64,000 nucleotides of DNA from contig OZ253462.1 of the NCBI GenBank assembly GCA_965261395.1, positions 4,416,001 to 4,480,000 of the forward strand, read 5' to 3'. How positions within the stretch are numbered: the first letter of the stretch is position 1; every line of letters begins with the position of its first letter. The stretch is from Candidatus Latescibacterota bacterium. GTDB lineage: Bacteria > Latescibacterota > UBA2968 > UBA8231. The notes below the pieces were generated by a model. The model had not been told where the DNA came from. It worked only from the letters and a program-made list of their open reading frames with translations, and searched no databases. Positions 50,057 to 61,073 of this stretch are shown piece after piece. The translations under genes and the position numbers were made by a program.

Positions 50057-53000
50057 TTAAGCACGCAGCGTCGTCAACAAGCGCTCGGCCCGCTGCTTGG
50101 CAGTAGCAGCCGACGCTTCTTTTACCTGCTCGTACCCGCGAATGCCGTCCGGCAATTCGGCGATTTCTACGGCCAGCCCATAGCTTTCTTCGGTTAGTGC
50201 CAGCAAAACCTCTTCGATCAACCCGCAGTACCACCCCACCAAGGCGCGTTCCAAGCGGCGCGCCTTGGTGTACCCGAACGGGTCCAGACGCGTTCCTCGC
50301 AACCCCTTCAGCCGACTCAGCAGCACCAGCGCCGGACGCAGGCCCTTGCCAAAGCCGATCTTGCCCTTGAGCAAACGCCGCAGCGTGGGCGGATGCAGTT
50401 GCCGGACGATTTCCACCTCCCCGTCGAACAGGGCGCGCATCCGCTCCTCGCTGCTGTTGCTCGTCGCCAACCGCGCGACCTCGTATTCGTCCTTGTACGC
50501 CATCAGCTTGTACAGACCCCGCACCACGGCCCGCGTGAGCTGCAAGCCGCGTGAAAAGCCTCGATCAACTTCCCACACTTGGCGCACAAACCCCAAGTAG
50601 CGCTGGGCATAGGCGACGTCCTGATACTCGCACAACTCGGCCAGCCGCACCCCCAGCTCCTTCTGCCCCTCCGCATTCAAATCCGCCAATGCAGCCAAAC
50701 CCTCGTCGAGCAGCGCCCCAGCAGCCGCGTCATGCGCCAACCGCTCCTTCACTTCGGCCAACGTTTGGGCCACGGACACTTGCTGCGTCCCCAACGCCCG
50801 CTCCACCCACGCCGGATCGGCCACCGCCAAGCGCCCCCAGCGGAAAGCCTGCACATTGTTTTCCACCGCTTGCCCGTTTAGGACAATGGCTTGCTCAATA
50901 GAGGCCGCTTCTAGGGGCAACACTCCGGCCTGATACGCGGCCCCCAACAGGAGCATGTTGGCGAAAATAGTATCCGAAAAGAGTCGCTCGGCCAGCCAGT
51001 AGGTATCGAGGTAGATGTTGTCCTTGCCCGTGCAGCGGTCGATTAGTGCGCGCAGGCGGGCCGCATCGGGAAAGGGCTGCGTGCGCGGGTTGCGATTCAT
51101 GGCTGCATTGGCGATTTCAGCGGTGCTGATGAGGGCGCGGGTCTGCTGGGACGCGGCGTATTTGAGGTTGTCCGGCTCGGCCGCCCGTAGCAGGTCAAAC
51201 CCCAAGTATAGATCGACTTCCCCAGGGAAGAGGCGGTTGAACACGGGCTGCTCGGCAGCGCTTATCACAATCGGCGCTTCGACCGGCCCACCCTTTTGCG
51301 CCAAGCCGGTGTTGTTGGACAAATACACGTATTTGCCCTCCATCATGGCCGCGTACGCAATGAGATGAGAAATCGTCACCACGCCCGTCCCGCCCCGCCC
51401 CATGGCGAAGATCGCGTACGGCCGCTCCAACGGGCACGCTGGCGGCTCTGGCAGCTCGTCCAAAGGCTCCGGACGGCGGCGGCGCAGGCGCGTGCCCTTG
51501 GCCGGCTTGACCACGGCAAAGGACGGGCATTCGCCGTCGATGCACAGCCCGTCTTGGGCGCACTGAGCCTGCCGCACCTGCGTCTTGTCGCCAAATTCGG
51601 TCGCCACGCTGTAGAGCGCGGCGCAGCCTTCGGACTGGGTATAACAGTCGCCGCAGCCCTCGCAAATGTCTTCGTCGATGAGCACGTATTCGTCGGGCGT
51701 CAAACCCTGGCGGCGGCGGCGACGACCCTTCTCAGTAGCGCATTCCTTGTCGAGGATGAGCACAGTCGTCCCGGCAATTTCCTTAAACTGCGCTAGAGCT
51801 TCGGCGTGGCGCTCCAAGCCGAACACTTCGATCCGCTCCCCGTCCAAGTGGCGATAGCGCGCCGGGTCCTCGCTGACGACCCCCACCTTCACGACCCCCA
51901 GCCCCAAAAGCTCCTGCACGACATCCGACACCGGCCGCTGCCCCCCAGGTGTCTGCCCGCCAGTGAGCGCGACCGCCCCGTTGAAAAGCAGCAGAAAGGT
52001 GATGTTCACCTCGCCTTGGACGCAGCTTTGGATCGCGCCGCGGCCGCTGTGGAAATAGCTGCCGTCGCCCAAGTATTGGTAGATGTGCTGGTTGCCGTTG
52101 AAGGGTGCCCAGCCGCTGTAAATGGACCCGCCAGCCCCCATCGTGGGGATGTAGAGGACGCCAGTGTCGTAGGCTTCAATCGCCCGGATGGAGGAGCAGC
52201 CAATGGCTCCCCCAGGCTTTTCGTGCAAGTCGCGGAAGGTGTTGTACGGACAGCCGCCGCAGGACATGGGCGTGACGCGGGGCACGGCCGGATAGGTGCG
52301 GTCGAGTACGTGCTGCAGCTCGGCGAGGCGCTCGGGAGCCGCCCCCAGCCGCGGGCCGAGCTTGAGCGCCAATTCCTCGGGATCGACTTCGCCGTGCGCT
52401 GGGATCAGCGGCTGCCCGTCCTCGTCCCACTGGCCGTACACGGCCTCTACATCCGCTCCCCACAGCGCGGCTTTGACGCCCTCTTCGACAAAAGGACCGG
52501 GTTCCTCGACCACGTAGATACGCCGCAGTCCACGGGCGAATGCGCGCACGATTTCGTAGTCGAGCGGGTAGCTTACCGCGAGATGCAACACCGGCACCCT
52601 CAGCCCCAAGTAGGAGAGGGCCTGCCGCACGTCCGCGTAGCTCTTGCCCACGGCCACAATGCCGACTCCACCGCCCGCGTCCGCATTCACTATGCGGTTG
52701 AGGTCGTTGGCGCGGACATAGGCTTCCACCAGCGGCCACTTTTCCTCCACCAGTTGCTGCTGCATGGGCAAGGCACCCGTAGCCATGACGATCTGGTTGA
52801 ATCGCTTGGCAAACGCACGCTCGGGCAAGGCGATGTCTGGCCGCACACCGGCCAAGTCAACCGTGCTCGCGCCATCGCATACCGGCGTCGCTAGCTTGAG
52901 GGCGGTTACCACGCCAGCGTGGCGCGACAGGGCGACCGCGTGCAGCCCCAAGCGAATGACGTCCTCGACGCTGGCCGGATAGAAGATCGGCACCATGCTG

Positions 53001-53470
53001 CTGCGCAATACCCAATCGCTGGCCCCGGGCGAGACCGAGCTTTTGGAGCGGTGATCTTCTCCCGACAGCAGCACCATCGCGCCGCGTGCGCCGGTGCCGC
53101 TGAGGTTGGCCAACCACACCTCGTCGGGAATCCACATCGTGCCGTGCGCCTTGCCATACCAGAAGGCATCCACGTCCCCACTCGCTGCAAACTGGCTGCC
53201 CAATACGGCGGAGGCCGCAGTTTTCTCGTTGATGCCGAACTGGTGCACCGTGCGCCCCAACTCGTTGAGCACGTCGAGCTGGGCGACCAGCTTCAGGTCC
53301 AGTCCCCCCAGCGGCGACCCCTCATAGCCGGTGAAATAGGTCTGGTTGACGTGGCCGCTGGCTTGATCGCGCTCCTGTTTCTCGCGCACCAGGCGCACAA
53401 TCGCCTCGATGCCCGTGAGAAAGACCCGGCCATCGCGCTGTAGAAATTTGTCCTGAATATCCAGTTTCAT
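50057..53470 (-). CDS. Indolepyruvate:ferredoxin oxidoreductase family, fused alpha/beta
   Basis: GYEGSPLG, CGGCPYN, GDGSYFHSG, CEGCGDC, GLAQKGG, YKDEYEVAR. Confidence 0.92.
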   Translation of the reverse strand: MKLDIQDKFLQRDGRVFLTGIEAIVRLVREKQERDQASGHVNQTYFTGYEGSPLGGLDLKLVAQLDVLNELGRTVHQFGINEKTAASAVLGSQFAASGDVDAFWYGKAHGTMWIPDEVWLANLSGTGARGAMVLLSGEDHRSKSSVSPGASDWVLRSSMVPIFYPASVEDVIRLGLHAVALSRHAGVVTALKLATPVCDGASTVDLAGVRPDIALPERAFAKRFNQIVMATGALPMQQQLVEEKWPLVEAYVRANDLNRIVNADAGGGVGIVAVGKSYADVRQALSYLGLRVPVLHLAVSYPLDYEIVRAFARGLRRIYVVEEPGPFVEEGVKAALWGADVEAVYGQWDEDGQPLIPAHGEVDPEELALKLGPRLGAAPERLAELQHVLDRTYPAVPRVTPMSCGGCPYNTFRDLHEKPGGAIGCSSIRAIEAYDTGVLYIPTMGAGGSIYSGWAPFNGNQHIYQYLGDGSYFHSGRGAIQSCVQGEVNITFLLLFNGAVALTGGQTPGGQRPVSDVVQELLGLGVVKVGVVSEDPARYRHLDGERIEVFGLERHAEALAQFKEIAGTTVLILDKECATEKGRRRRRQGLTPDEYVLIDEDICEGCGDCYTQSEGCAALYSVATEFGDKTQVRQAQCAQDGLCIDGECPSFAVVKPAKGTRLRRRRPEPLDELPEPPACPLERPYAIFAMGRGGTGVVTISHLIAYAAMMEGKYVYLSNNTGLAQKGGPVEAPIVISAAEQPVFNRLFPGEVDLYLGFDLLRAAEPDNLKYAASQQTRALISTAEIANAAMNRNPRTQPFPDAARLRALIDRCTGKDNIYLDTYWLAERLFSDTIFANMLLLGAAYQAGVLPLEAASIEQAIVLNGQAVENNVQAFRWGRLAVADPAWVERALGTQQVSVAQTLAEVKERLAHDAAAGALLDEGLAALADLNAEGQKELGVRLAELCEYQDVAYAQRYLGFVRQVWEVDRGFSRGLQLTRAVVRGLYKLMAYKDEYEVARLATSNSSEERMRALFDGEVEIVRQLHPPTLRRLLKGKIGFGKGLRPALVLLSRLKGLRGTRLDPFGYTKARRLERALVGWYCGLIEEVLLALTEESYGLAVEIAELPDGIRGYEQVKEASAATAKQRAERLLTTLRA

Positions 53471-53589
53471 AAGAGGCTCTCAAGCTACGCCCTCCCGTAG
53501 CTCTTGTCCGTTATGCTATATTCTGTATATAATAGACAATAGTGCCGCAGACGCACGCCAACCTTTAATCCACAACGTAGAGTTTAACC

Positions 53590-53877
53590 ATGGCCGAAAC
53601 GATTGACGAACTCACCATCCACTACGAGGAAGACGGCAGGGTCTTGCGCAAAGAAGTGGCTAGGGAAGTGCTGAGCAAGGGGGCTTGGGCGACGATCATG
53701 TACCTCTACCAAGACCTCGACCGCAAAACCGGCGAGTACGGCCCGCAAAAAATATCCATTCGCCGCTACCAAAAGCGCGACGGTACCTTTCAGCAGCGCA
53801 GTAAGTTCGATGTATCAAGCCTTGCCCAAGCGCACGCGATCTGCAGCAAGATAGAGGACTGGTTCCCCCCAGAATAG
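53590..53877 (+). CDS. Hypothetical protein
   Basis: 95 aa, protein-like composition, fills the gap between minus-strand genes. Confidence 0.7.
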   Translation: MAETIDELTIHYEEDGRVLRKEVAREVLSKGAWATIMYLYQDLDRKTGEYGPQKISIRRYQKRDGTFQQRSKFDVSSLAQAHAICSKIEDWFPPE

Positions 53878-53886
53878 ACGCGCCGC

Positions 53887-55032
53887 TCACCCTGCGGTGC
53901 TAGCGACCTTCACCGGCACGCTATGCCAGCCCGTGCGGCCATCGTACAAATCGGCTCCGGCATCGGTCCTCGGCTGCGTGTCCCCTGCACTATCCGTTGC
54001 CCGCGCAACGATCTCGTACTCGCCCGACGCGGGCAATTTCCATTCGTAGGCCCACCTGACCCAAATGTTGGGCAAGCGCTGCGTGGTAATCTGTGCCTCA
54101 GCCCAAGACCGCCCGCCATTGGTGCTGACCTCAACCGATTCGATCGTGCGCTCGCCGGCCATGGCGATCCCGTGGATGACAAACGGGCGGCCTTCGGCCC
54201 CGCGCAGGGTCTGCAGCACCCTTGTAACGCCGCCATTGGCCGGGTCTTTCACATCGTCCCACACCGAGAGGGGCGCGTCAAGCCGCGAGTTCACGGTCGC
54301 CACGGCCTCGTCCGACCACTTGAAGGGCTTGTTCTCGGGCTTGCTTTCCCAGTAGCCGAGATGGACCTCGTCGATCAGCTCGATGCGGGTAATCCACTTG
54401 GGCATCTTCTGGCCGTAGTGCCCGGGGTTTATCAAGCGCAGGGGAAACCCGTGCTTAGACGGCAGCGGCTCGCCGTTCATTTCCCAAGCGAGAATCACCT
54501 CGTCGCGGAGCGCGCGCTCCAGGGGAATCGACGTGGTATAGCCATCGACACTGTAAAACTTGACCCGAATCGCCTCGCTCTTGATCCCAGCTAGGCCGAG
54601 CACCTCGGACAGCGGCGTGCCGCCCCACTCGGCATTGCCCACCAACGGGCCGCCGATCCAGTTGCCAATGCACTGCATGGTCAAGACCTGCCGATTCATG
54701 GGCAGCGCGGTAATATCTTCGTACGTCCAGCCCCTGTTGGGCTGATCCACCAACCCATTCACCGCCAAGCGCCAACTATCGGCCACGAGATTCGGGTCGT
54801 AATTTTTCCCGTTAATCGACTGGAGATAGTGCCGTGCATTGGAAGTAATCGGCGGCAGCGGTAGCGCCCCTTCCTCGGACATCTCCTCCATATCCATAAT
54901 GTCCATGTCCGGCCCGGTGGGCATGCTTTTAAAGCGCACCTCGTTGCCGTCGCAACCCCATGTGGGGAGAATCGCGGTGGCGATAACAGCCCCACCCGAC
55001 TTGAGAAACTGACGCCTAGTTGATCTGTTCAT
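53887..55032 (-). CDS. Sulfite-oxidase-family molybdoenzyme, Tat lipoprotein
   Basis: RRQFLK, WGC, QCIGN, GNAEWGG, HGFPLRL..PG.YG..KW, Ig-like dimer domain. Confidence 0.88.
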   Translation of the reverse strand: MNRSTRRQFLKSGGAVIATAILPTWGCDGNEVRFKSMPTGPDMDIMDMEEMSEEGALPLPPITSNARHYLQSINGKNYDPNLVADSWRLAVNGLVDQPNRGWTYEDITALPMNRQVLTMQCIGNWIGGPLVGNAEWGGTPLSEVLGLAGIKSEAIRVKFYSVDGYTTSIPLERALRDEVILAWEMNGEPLPSKHGFPLRLINPGHYGQKMPKWITRIELIDEVHLGYWESKPENKPFKWSDEAVATVNSRLDAPLSVWDDVKDPANGGVTRVLQTLRGAEGRPFVIHGIAMAGERTIESVEVSTNGGRSWAEAQITTQRLPNIWVRWAYEWKLPASGEYEIVARATDSAGDTQPRTDAGADLYDGRTGWHSVPVKVASTAG

Positions 55033-55042
55033 GACAACTCCT

Positions 55043-55858
55043 TTAGCGAATGAGGGCTAACCCCACGCCCAACGACGACCCAGCCCCGATGTTCTCGCCC
55101 TTAAAGACCGCCTTCCACAACAAGTCGATCCACAGCGGGCCAGCCACCTGCACGGCCGCGTTACAACCCACTTCGACAAAATCTCCCTCCGAAACCTGCA
55201 CTACTCCGACCAGCCCACCCTCCGAGTCCGCTGCGAGCGTGTACACACTGGCGACAAAGCCCTTGGCGAACAGCCACGGAAGCGGCGTGGCCCCCAGCTC
55301 GACAAAATAGGACACCTGATTGGAAAACGGGCCGCCGCGCCGCTTGTACCCCACCTCACCACCCGCGTAGAACGGTAGCGGGTAGAGCGACAGCCCCGCC
55401 AATAGCCGCGCGCCCTGTTCGGAATAACCGGTGCCAAGGGCCGGATCGTACTCGCGGTCGTACCCACTAGGAAACGCGACATCGATCTGCGGCGACAGCA
55501 CCAGCCTACCCTCGGTGAGTTGGTACTTCGCGCCCAGATGCACATCGCCCAGCCCCCAAGTGATGCGCTCGACAAAGCTATCTTCAGACACCAGCCTCCC
55601 CGCGCCGACCTGCCCGGTCAGCGTCAGCCGCTCGCGCAACCCGTACTCGCCGTATGCGAGAACCTGGCGAGCGCGGAATTGGTTGTCGTCCATGCCCATG
55701 GAGGCGCGTTTGCCCATATCGTTGAAAACCTCGGCGGTCGAGTAGTGGATCCCCGAGAGCTTGGCGTAGTAGCCTCCGCTGGGCTGGCTCCAAGCCCCAG
55801 CCCAGCCCTCGCCGGCCCAACACAGGGCCAACAACAGGCCCATTGCTAACCAACGCAT
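55043..55858 (-). CDS. Putative outer-membrane beta-barrel protein
   Basis: Signal peptide, AGAWSQP, YGEYGL, alternating beta-strand pattern. Confidence 0.65.
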   Translation of the reverse strand: MRWLAMGLLLALCWAGEGWAGAWSQPSGGYYAKLSGIHYSTAEVFNDMGKRASMGMDDNQFRARQVLAYGEYGLRERLTLTGQVGAGRLVSEDSFVERITWGLGDVHLGAKYQLTEGRLVLSPQIDVAFPSGYDREYDPALGTGYSEQGARLLAGLSLYPLPFYAGGEVGYKRRGGPFSNQVSYFVELGATPLPWLFAKGFVASVYTLAADSEGGLVGVVQVSEGDFVEVGCNAAVQVAGPLWIDLLWKAVFKGENIGAGSSLGVGLALIR

Positions 55859-57006
55859 TTCCCGACCCCTTTCTGCGGTACAATCCGCTCGTAGAGTGCT
55901 AACAGTTTCTCGGCCTCGGCTTCCCAGTTAAAATGCTCTTCAGCAGCTCGCCGCGCCTGTTCCCCCTTGGCCTGTGCTCCCACCGGGTCGTCGAGCAAGC
56001 ACCCGATGGCGCGCGCGTGAGCGACCGGGTCGCTCGGGTCCGCGAGCAAGCCCCAATCCGCGACCGCGTGAAACCTGCGAATGGAAGGTAAATCACTGGC
56101 GACTACGGGCAAGCCGCAGGCGAGGTATTCAAAGAGCTTGGTCGGCACAAAGGAGGCCAAATTCTTGGGCGAGATCTGCCCCGGAATCAAGCCGATCTGA
56201 CATGCGGCAATCGCCGCCCCTAATTCGTCGTACGGCACGCGCTTTTCACTGTAGTGGATCTGCTCTTCCAGCCCCCATTCGCGCCGGCGGGCCTCAAACC
56301 GCTCCCGCAGTTCCTGCGAGTGAAATGCCCCGACGCTCAAGAGGTGGGCCTGCGGATGGGTCTTGGCCAGTTCGCGCATGATTTCGAGCAAGAACAGCCC
56401 GCCCCGGTCTTCGGATAGCGAGCCAATGTGAACTAGTGCGCAAGGCCCTAACTTGCCGCGGCTAGGAGAAAACCACTCCAAGCGCGGGTAGTTCTTCACT
56501 ACCGCAAAGGGGCGGCTGGCAAAGCGCTCGCCCTGCTCCTCGACCACCCCGACCACAGCCGTGACAAAAAAGCGGGCGAGTAAGCGCTCCCCCCAATCGA
56601 CCAATCGCGAGAGGGGCCGCCGCAGCCGCTCGGGTACCCATGGCCGCACCATGGCTACCAGTGGGAAGTGCTCGTGGACGTCGTAGATGACCCGGCGGCC
56701 GCAGAGCCTGAGCACCGCACCCACCGGCAACAGCTCGGGGTCGTGGAAGTGGAAGCAAGCAGCGTCCGCATCCAGCCCGACCCGCAGCAAGCGCCACAGG
56801 TTCAAAAGCCGCTGGCCAACCCCTCGCGCCACCGGCACGGTTTGCACGCGCACCCCCGCCCGCTTTCCACACCACGCCTCCGGCCCTGGCCCCACCACCG
56901 TCACCGCGTATCCAGCCCGCGCCAAGGTCTGCGCTTGTTTGTAGAAAATCCGCGCGTCAAATGGGCTGTGGACATTCGTCAGGTGGTACACCTCAGGCGC
57001 AGCCAA
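55846..57006 (-). CDS. Glycosyltransferase family 4
   Basis: TTG start after GGAGG; DARIFYK, HFHDPEL, YDVHE, PTKLFEYLACGLPVV. Confidence 0.88.
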   Translation of the reverse strand: MAAPEVYHLTNVHSPFDARIFYKQAQTLARAGYAVTVVGPGPEAWCGKRAGVRVQTVPVARGVGQRLLNLWRLLRVGLDADAACFHFHDPELLPVGAVLRLCGRRVIYDVHEHFPLVAMVRPWVPERLRRPLSRLVDWGERLLARFFVTAVVGVVEEQGERFASRPFAVVKNYPRLEWFSPSRGKLGPCALVHIGSLSEDRGGLFLLEIMRELAKTHPQAHLLSVGAFHSQELRERFEARRREWGLEEQIHYSEKRVPYDELGAAIAACQIGLIPGQISPKNLASFVPTKLFEYLACGLPVVASDLPSIRRFHAVADWGLLADPSDPVAHARAIGCLLDDPVGAQAKGEQARRAAEEHFNWEAEAEKLLALYERIVPQKGVGKCVG

Positions 57007-57688
57007 GAAGCACCTCCCTGCTTTGCGGGCCACAATTAAAAAGCAAATCCAACACCGACATCTCGGCGACAAAACCCTCGTGACACTGGGGGTACACCGG
57101 GTGTTCAAACTCGGTAAAGCGGCACTCAATACCGGCTGCGGCAAACGCCTCCTCGTCCAAATACGCCTTCGAGGCCCCGCCCCCCGACAAGTACACCTGA
57201 CAGTCGCACGACTTGGTCATATCCACCAAGCGCAAGGTCCGTTCGCTCCGCAGGTCCATCTGCGAACTGAAGATAACTTCGACTTCCAAGTCCAAGAGCT
57301 GCAAAAGATGGCGCAGTAGGGCCACGTTTAAGTCGATCAACTGGGTCCATGCACCCGCGTATAAGTCCTCTATGGCTGGGGCGTACGCGTCAAAAAAGGG
57401 CGCGTGGCTGTAGTGCCAGCGCAGGGATTGGCAGTGCTTGCGTCGCCAATCGCCGTCGGGCGGGATCTGGACATCGCATATCCGCTGCTGGCCCCGGCCC
57501 CGCGTCAGCACCGGCACGGTCAACCATTGCCAGCCAGCGGACGTGCGGATGCGGTTGCGGTTAGTCAGGCTGCCACGGCTGTATTGCACGTCGTCGGCCA
57601 AGACCCACACATCGGCCTGTCCCACCTTGTGAAACAAGCCCAGCCAAGGCAGAAAGTTGGGCTGGTGCGCCGCCAACACTCGGCTCAT
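56993..57688 (-). CDS. wbqC: WbqC-family protein
   Basis: HQPNFLPWLG, DDVQY, NRNRI, WLTVP, LDLLFNCGP. Confidence 0.88.
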   Translation of the reverse strand: MSRVLAAHQPNFLPWLGLFHKVGQADVWVLADDVQYSRGSLTNRNRIRTSAGWQWLTVPVLTRGRGQQRICDVQIPPDGDWRRKHCQSLRWHYSHAPFFDAYAPAIEDLYAGAWTQLIDLNVALLRHLLQLLDLEVEVIFSSQMDLRSERTLRLVDMTKSCDCQVYLSGGGASKAYLDEEAFAAAGIECRFTEFEHPVYPQCHEGFVAEMSVLDLLFNCGPQSREVLLGCA

Positions 57689-58320
57689 CAGCGCACCCAC
57701 CTGAGCACGTCAAACGCCTCGGCGTACTCCACCATAATCTGCCCACCCCTGGTCCGCGCCCAGCTCCAGATAAAATCCTCTTGGGTGTACGGACGATGCT
57801 GCTGCGACTGGTAGCAGCGCAGCGCGGCGACCTTGGTCTGCACGTGTGCGCGGGTGAGCACGCAGAAGTGCCGATAGTCAAAGCTCAAGTTGTTCCACGG
57901 CAGCTCGTAGCCGAGCACGGTGACCGTCTTGAAGGCGCGCAGGCCCTCAAGGTGAATGGTCTGGTGGTCTTGGTGCAGATCTTGGGCACTGGGCAAGAAC
58001 ACGGTTGCTGGGTCAATTTCCCTTTTCATTCTCACCAACTCTTCGAGGATTTCTTGGCGCATGTCGGGCAGGTGGCGCACTCTGTACTTATAGACCAGCA
58101 GGTTCGCCGCGGGGATCCCCAGCACCTTCGTCCCCTCCCGCACCTCCTTTTCCAGAATGTCGGGCGGAAAGGGCGGCGGCACCGACTCGGCCGCCGTGGA
58201 AAAGGCCGCGTAGTACACCTCGCGGCCCTCTTCCACCATGCGGCTGATCGTCCCACCACAGCCGAGCTCGCCATCGTCCGTGTGCGGTGCGAGCACCAAG
58301 ACTCGGTCATTTATGGGCAC
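57688..58320 (-). CDS. PIG-L family deacetylase
   Basis: APHTDDGELGCGG, DLHQDH. Confidence 0.9.
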   Translation of the reverse strand: MPINDRVLVLAPHTDDGELGCGGTISRMVEEGREVYYAAFSTAAESVPPPFPPDILEKEVREGTKVLGIPAANLLVYKYRVRHLPDMRQEILEELVRMKREIDPATVFLPSAQDLHQDHQTIHLEGLRAFKTVTVLGYELPWNNLSFDYRHFCVLTRAHVQTKVAALRCYQSQQHRPYTQEDFIWSWARTRGGQIMVEYAEAFDVLRWVR

Positions 58321-59464
58321 AGGTATCTCCTTCTGCCTCGGCCAATACTTCTGCCAAGCCGCAGCACACCCTTTCCACGGCCTCGTCGCTCAAGCCCGGG
58401 AACATTGGCAGGGTCACTATCTGTGCTAGCACGGCCTCGGCAACGGGAAAATCCCCGGGGCCATAGCCCAGCTCCCGCTGGTAAAACGGCGTCAGGTGGC
58501 ACGGCGGCCAGTACACACTGCCCGCTTCAACCCCCCAGCGTTCGCGCAATTCGGCGATCACCTCCTCACGTCTTTTTCCGGCGGGCAAGCGCACGGGAAA
58601 CTTGTAGTACGCGTGTACGCGGCCCGCGAATTCCGGCAAGAGCACATCGCCGCACCCCAAGCGTGCGAGCGTGCGCCGGTAGCGGGTGGCGAGGCAGTTG
58701 CGCGCGGTGGTGTGCTCGGCCAGCCGGGCCAATTGCCGCAAGCCGAGCGCCGCGCTCAGTTCGGGCAAGCGGTAGTTGTGGCCCAAGCGCTCCAACAAGC
58801 GGCCCTTTGCGCTCACCCCGTGCGTGCGGAAGCTCCGCGCAAAGTCGGCCAAATCGCGGTCGTTGGTGCTCAACATGCCCCCCTCGCCCGTCGTCAGCGG
58901 CTTGGTCGGAAAAAAGGAAAAGCCCGCGGCATCGCCCAAACTCCCGGCGGGCTGGCCGGCGGCGCTAGCACCGTGGGCGTGGGCCGCGTCTTCGAGCAGC
59001 AACAGCCCGCGCGCGCGGCAAAACGAGCGAATGGCCTCGAAGTCGGGCGCAATTAAACCGGCGATGTGGACCACGACTACGGCCCGCGTCTTTTCCCCAA
59101 CTTGGGCCTCGATCTGCGGCAGGCCGCTCGACAGAGTCTGCGGGTCAATGTCGCAGAGGACGGGCCGTCCTCCGGCCAGCAGCGCGGCGTTGGACGAAGC
59201 AATAAACGTATTCGTCGGCACCACCACCTCCCACCCTTCGACCCCCCAATGGCGCAAGGCCACCTCCAGCGGCGCGGTCCCCGAGTTCATGCCCACGGCG
59301 TATTCCGTGCCTACACACGCGGTAAACTCCTGCTCAAATCGCTCCAAGTAAGGCCCCATAGTCAGGCGTCCACTGCGGAGGATCTGGGCAAAATCCTCGA
59401 GCAGCGCGGCCACGTCCTCCTCGGGGATACAGGGCCTTGCCTGGGGCACTTTAGTAGGCGGCAC
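58307..59464 (-). CDS. DegT/DnrJ sugar aminotransferase
   Basis: [23 protein letters not shown]. Confidence 0.92.
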   Translation of the reverse strand: MPPTKVPQARPCIPEEDVAALLEDFAQILRSGRLTMGPYLERFEQEFTACVGTEYAVGMNSGTAPLEVALRHWGVEGWEVVVPTNTFIASSNAALLAGGRPVLCDIDPQTLSSGLPQIEAQVGEKTRAVVVVHIAGLIAPDFEAIRSFCRARGLLLLEDAAHAHGASAAGQPAGSLGDAAGFSFFPTKPLTTGEGGMLSTNDRDLADFARSFRTHGVSAKGRLLERLGHNYRLPELSAALGLRQLARLAEHTTARNCLATRYRRTLARLGCGDVLLPEFAGRVHAYYKFPVRLPAGKRREEVIAELRERWGVEAGSVYWPPCHLTPFYQRELGYGPGDFPVAEAVLAQIVTLPMFPGLSDEAVERVCCGLAEVLAEAEGDTCAHK

Positions 59465-59650
59465 GGTCGCGCATGTCTCCTTGCGCCAGCGACGGGTCTA
59501 GCGCGCGCGCTACACGCGCTACAAAACCACCGGCTCCTAGCACCAATATCTTCACCGCAGAAGCTCCTCAGTCAATTGTGAATGCACTGCAACATAACAC
59601 AAATACACAAGCGCGTTTCCAGCAAGAGAGACGCGCTACGCCTTCTTCCT

Positions 59651-59678
59651 TTGACAAACAGGACCCCGCGTTTAATTT
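59651..59678 (+). promoter_or_regulatory. sigma70-type promoter, possibly leaderless ispG
   Basis: TTGACA-16nt-TAATTT ending 7 nt before ATG 59686. Confidence 0.45.
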
Positions 59679-59685
59679 TTGGGAC

Positions 59686-60822
59686 ATGAATCCAACGACG
59701 AGAAATCCCACCCGCGAGGTGCAAATCGGCCGCACGACCATCGGCGGAGACTACCCTATTGCCGTGCAAAGTATGGCCGCTACCCGCACCCAAGACATAG
59801 AGGCCACCACCCGCCAACTCCGGCTCTTAGCCGAGGCCGGGGCGGACGTCATCCGCGTTGCCGTAGATAGCAAAAAAGACGTGGAGGCCCTCGCCCAAAT
59901 CGCGCCGACTGTTGACGTGCCTCTGTCCGTGGATTTGCAGGAAAACTACCGGCTGGCCAGCCGCGTCGCGCCGCACGTGCAGAAAATTCGCTACAACCCC
60001 GGCCACCTCTATCACCACGAGCGAGACAAGCCGGTCGCCGACAAGGTTGCCTTTATTGCCGACGAGGCCGCCAAGCACGATTGCGCCCTGCGCGTGGGGG
60101 TCAACTGCGGCTCGGTCGATCCGGCTCAAGCCGAGCGCTTTCCGGCCGAGGACTCCATCTCGCCCATGATCGCCTCGGCCTTAGAGCACTGCGAGCTGCT
60201 CGACGACTTAGACTTTACGCGCTACTGCGTCTCGCTCAAGGACTCCGATCCGGCCAAGGTTATTGCCGCCAACACCCGCTTTGCCCAAGAGCGGCCCGAT
60301 GTGCCCTTGCACCTCGGCGTCACCGAAGCCGGGATGCCTCCCGAAGGCGTAATCAAGACCCGCATTGCCTTTGAACAGCTCATCAGCGCCGGCATCGGCG
60401 ACACCATTCGCGTCTCGCTGACCTTGCCTTTTGACGACAAGGGCGAGGAGATCAAAGTCGGGCGGCAGATCCTCGACGATATTGACTCAGGGCGCTTCCG
60501 CTCGGTCCCCAAGTTGCTCCCAGCCGGGCTGAACATCATCTCCTGCCCCTCCTGCTCGCGGGTGGAAAACGAAGCCTTCATCGACCTAGCCCACCAAGTG
60601 CGCGAGCTAACCGAGTACGCCCGCGATCACCAGATCACCATCGCCATCATGGGCTGCCGGGTCAACGGCCCGGGCGAGACTGACGACGCCGACTTGGGGC
60701 TGTGGTGCGCCCCCAACTTCGTCAACCTCAAGCGCAAAACCCAGCTCATAGGCCAGTTCCCGTACGACGAGGTCCTCGACGTGCTCAAAGAGCAAGTCGA
60801 CGAGTTGGTTGCCACCGGCTAA
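59686..60822 (+). CDS. ispG: HMBPP synthase
   Basis: [47 protein letters not shown]. Confidence 0.95.
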   Translation: MNPTTRNPTREVQIGRTTIGGDYPIAVQSMAATRTQDIEATTRQLRLLAEAGADVIRVAVDSKKDVEALAQIAPTVDVPLSVDLQENYRLASRVAPHVQKIRYNPGHLYHHERDKPVADKVAFIADEAAKHDCALRVGVNCGSVDPAQAERFPAEDSISPMIASALEHCELLDDLDFTRYCVSLKDSDPAKVIAANTRFAQERPDVPLHLGVTEAGMPPEGVIKTRIAFEQLISAGIGDTIRVSLTLPFDDKGEEIKVGRQILDDIDSGRFRSVPKLLPAGLNIISCPSCSRVENEAFIDLAHQVRELTEYARDHQITIAIMGCRVNGPGETDDADLGLWCAPNFVNLKRKTQLIGQFPYDEVLDVLKEQVDELVATG

Positions 60823-60873
60823 ATCCTTTCATCGCGCTAGCAGCTCGTGGTAGGTGGCTGACGGGGCTGAGGT

Positions 60874-61071
60874 ATGCCAAAAGTTAGGGATGCGATACGG
60901 ATCGTAGAGCGAGACGGCTGGAGGTTGGATCGTACTCGTGGAAGCCACCGGCAATATCGGCACCCTGAAAAACCAGGGACCGTTACGATAGCAGGCAGGA
61001 TGAACAAGGATTTGGCACCTAAAACTTGGAACAGTATTCTGAAACAGGCTGGACTCGACAGAGGAGAATAG
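60874..61071 (+). CDS. hicA: HicA toxin
   Basis: DGW...RGSHRQYRHP..PG.VT. Confidence 0.9.
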   Translation: MPKVRDAIRIVERDGWRLDRTRGSHRQYRHPEKPGTVTIAGRMNKDLAPKTWNSILKQAGLDRGE

Positions 61072-61073
61072 CC

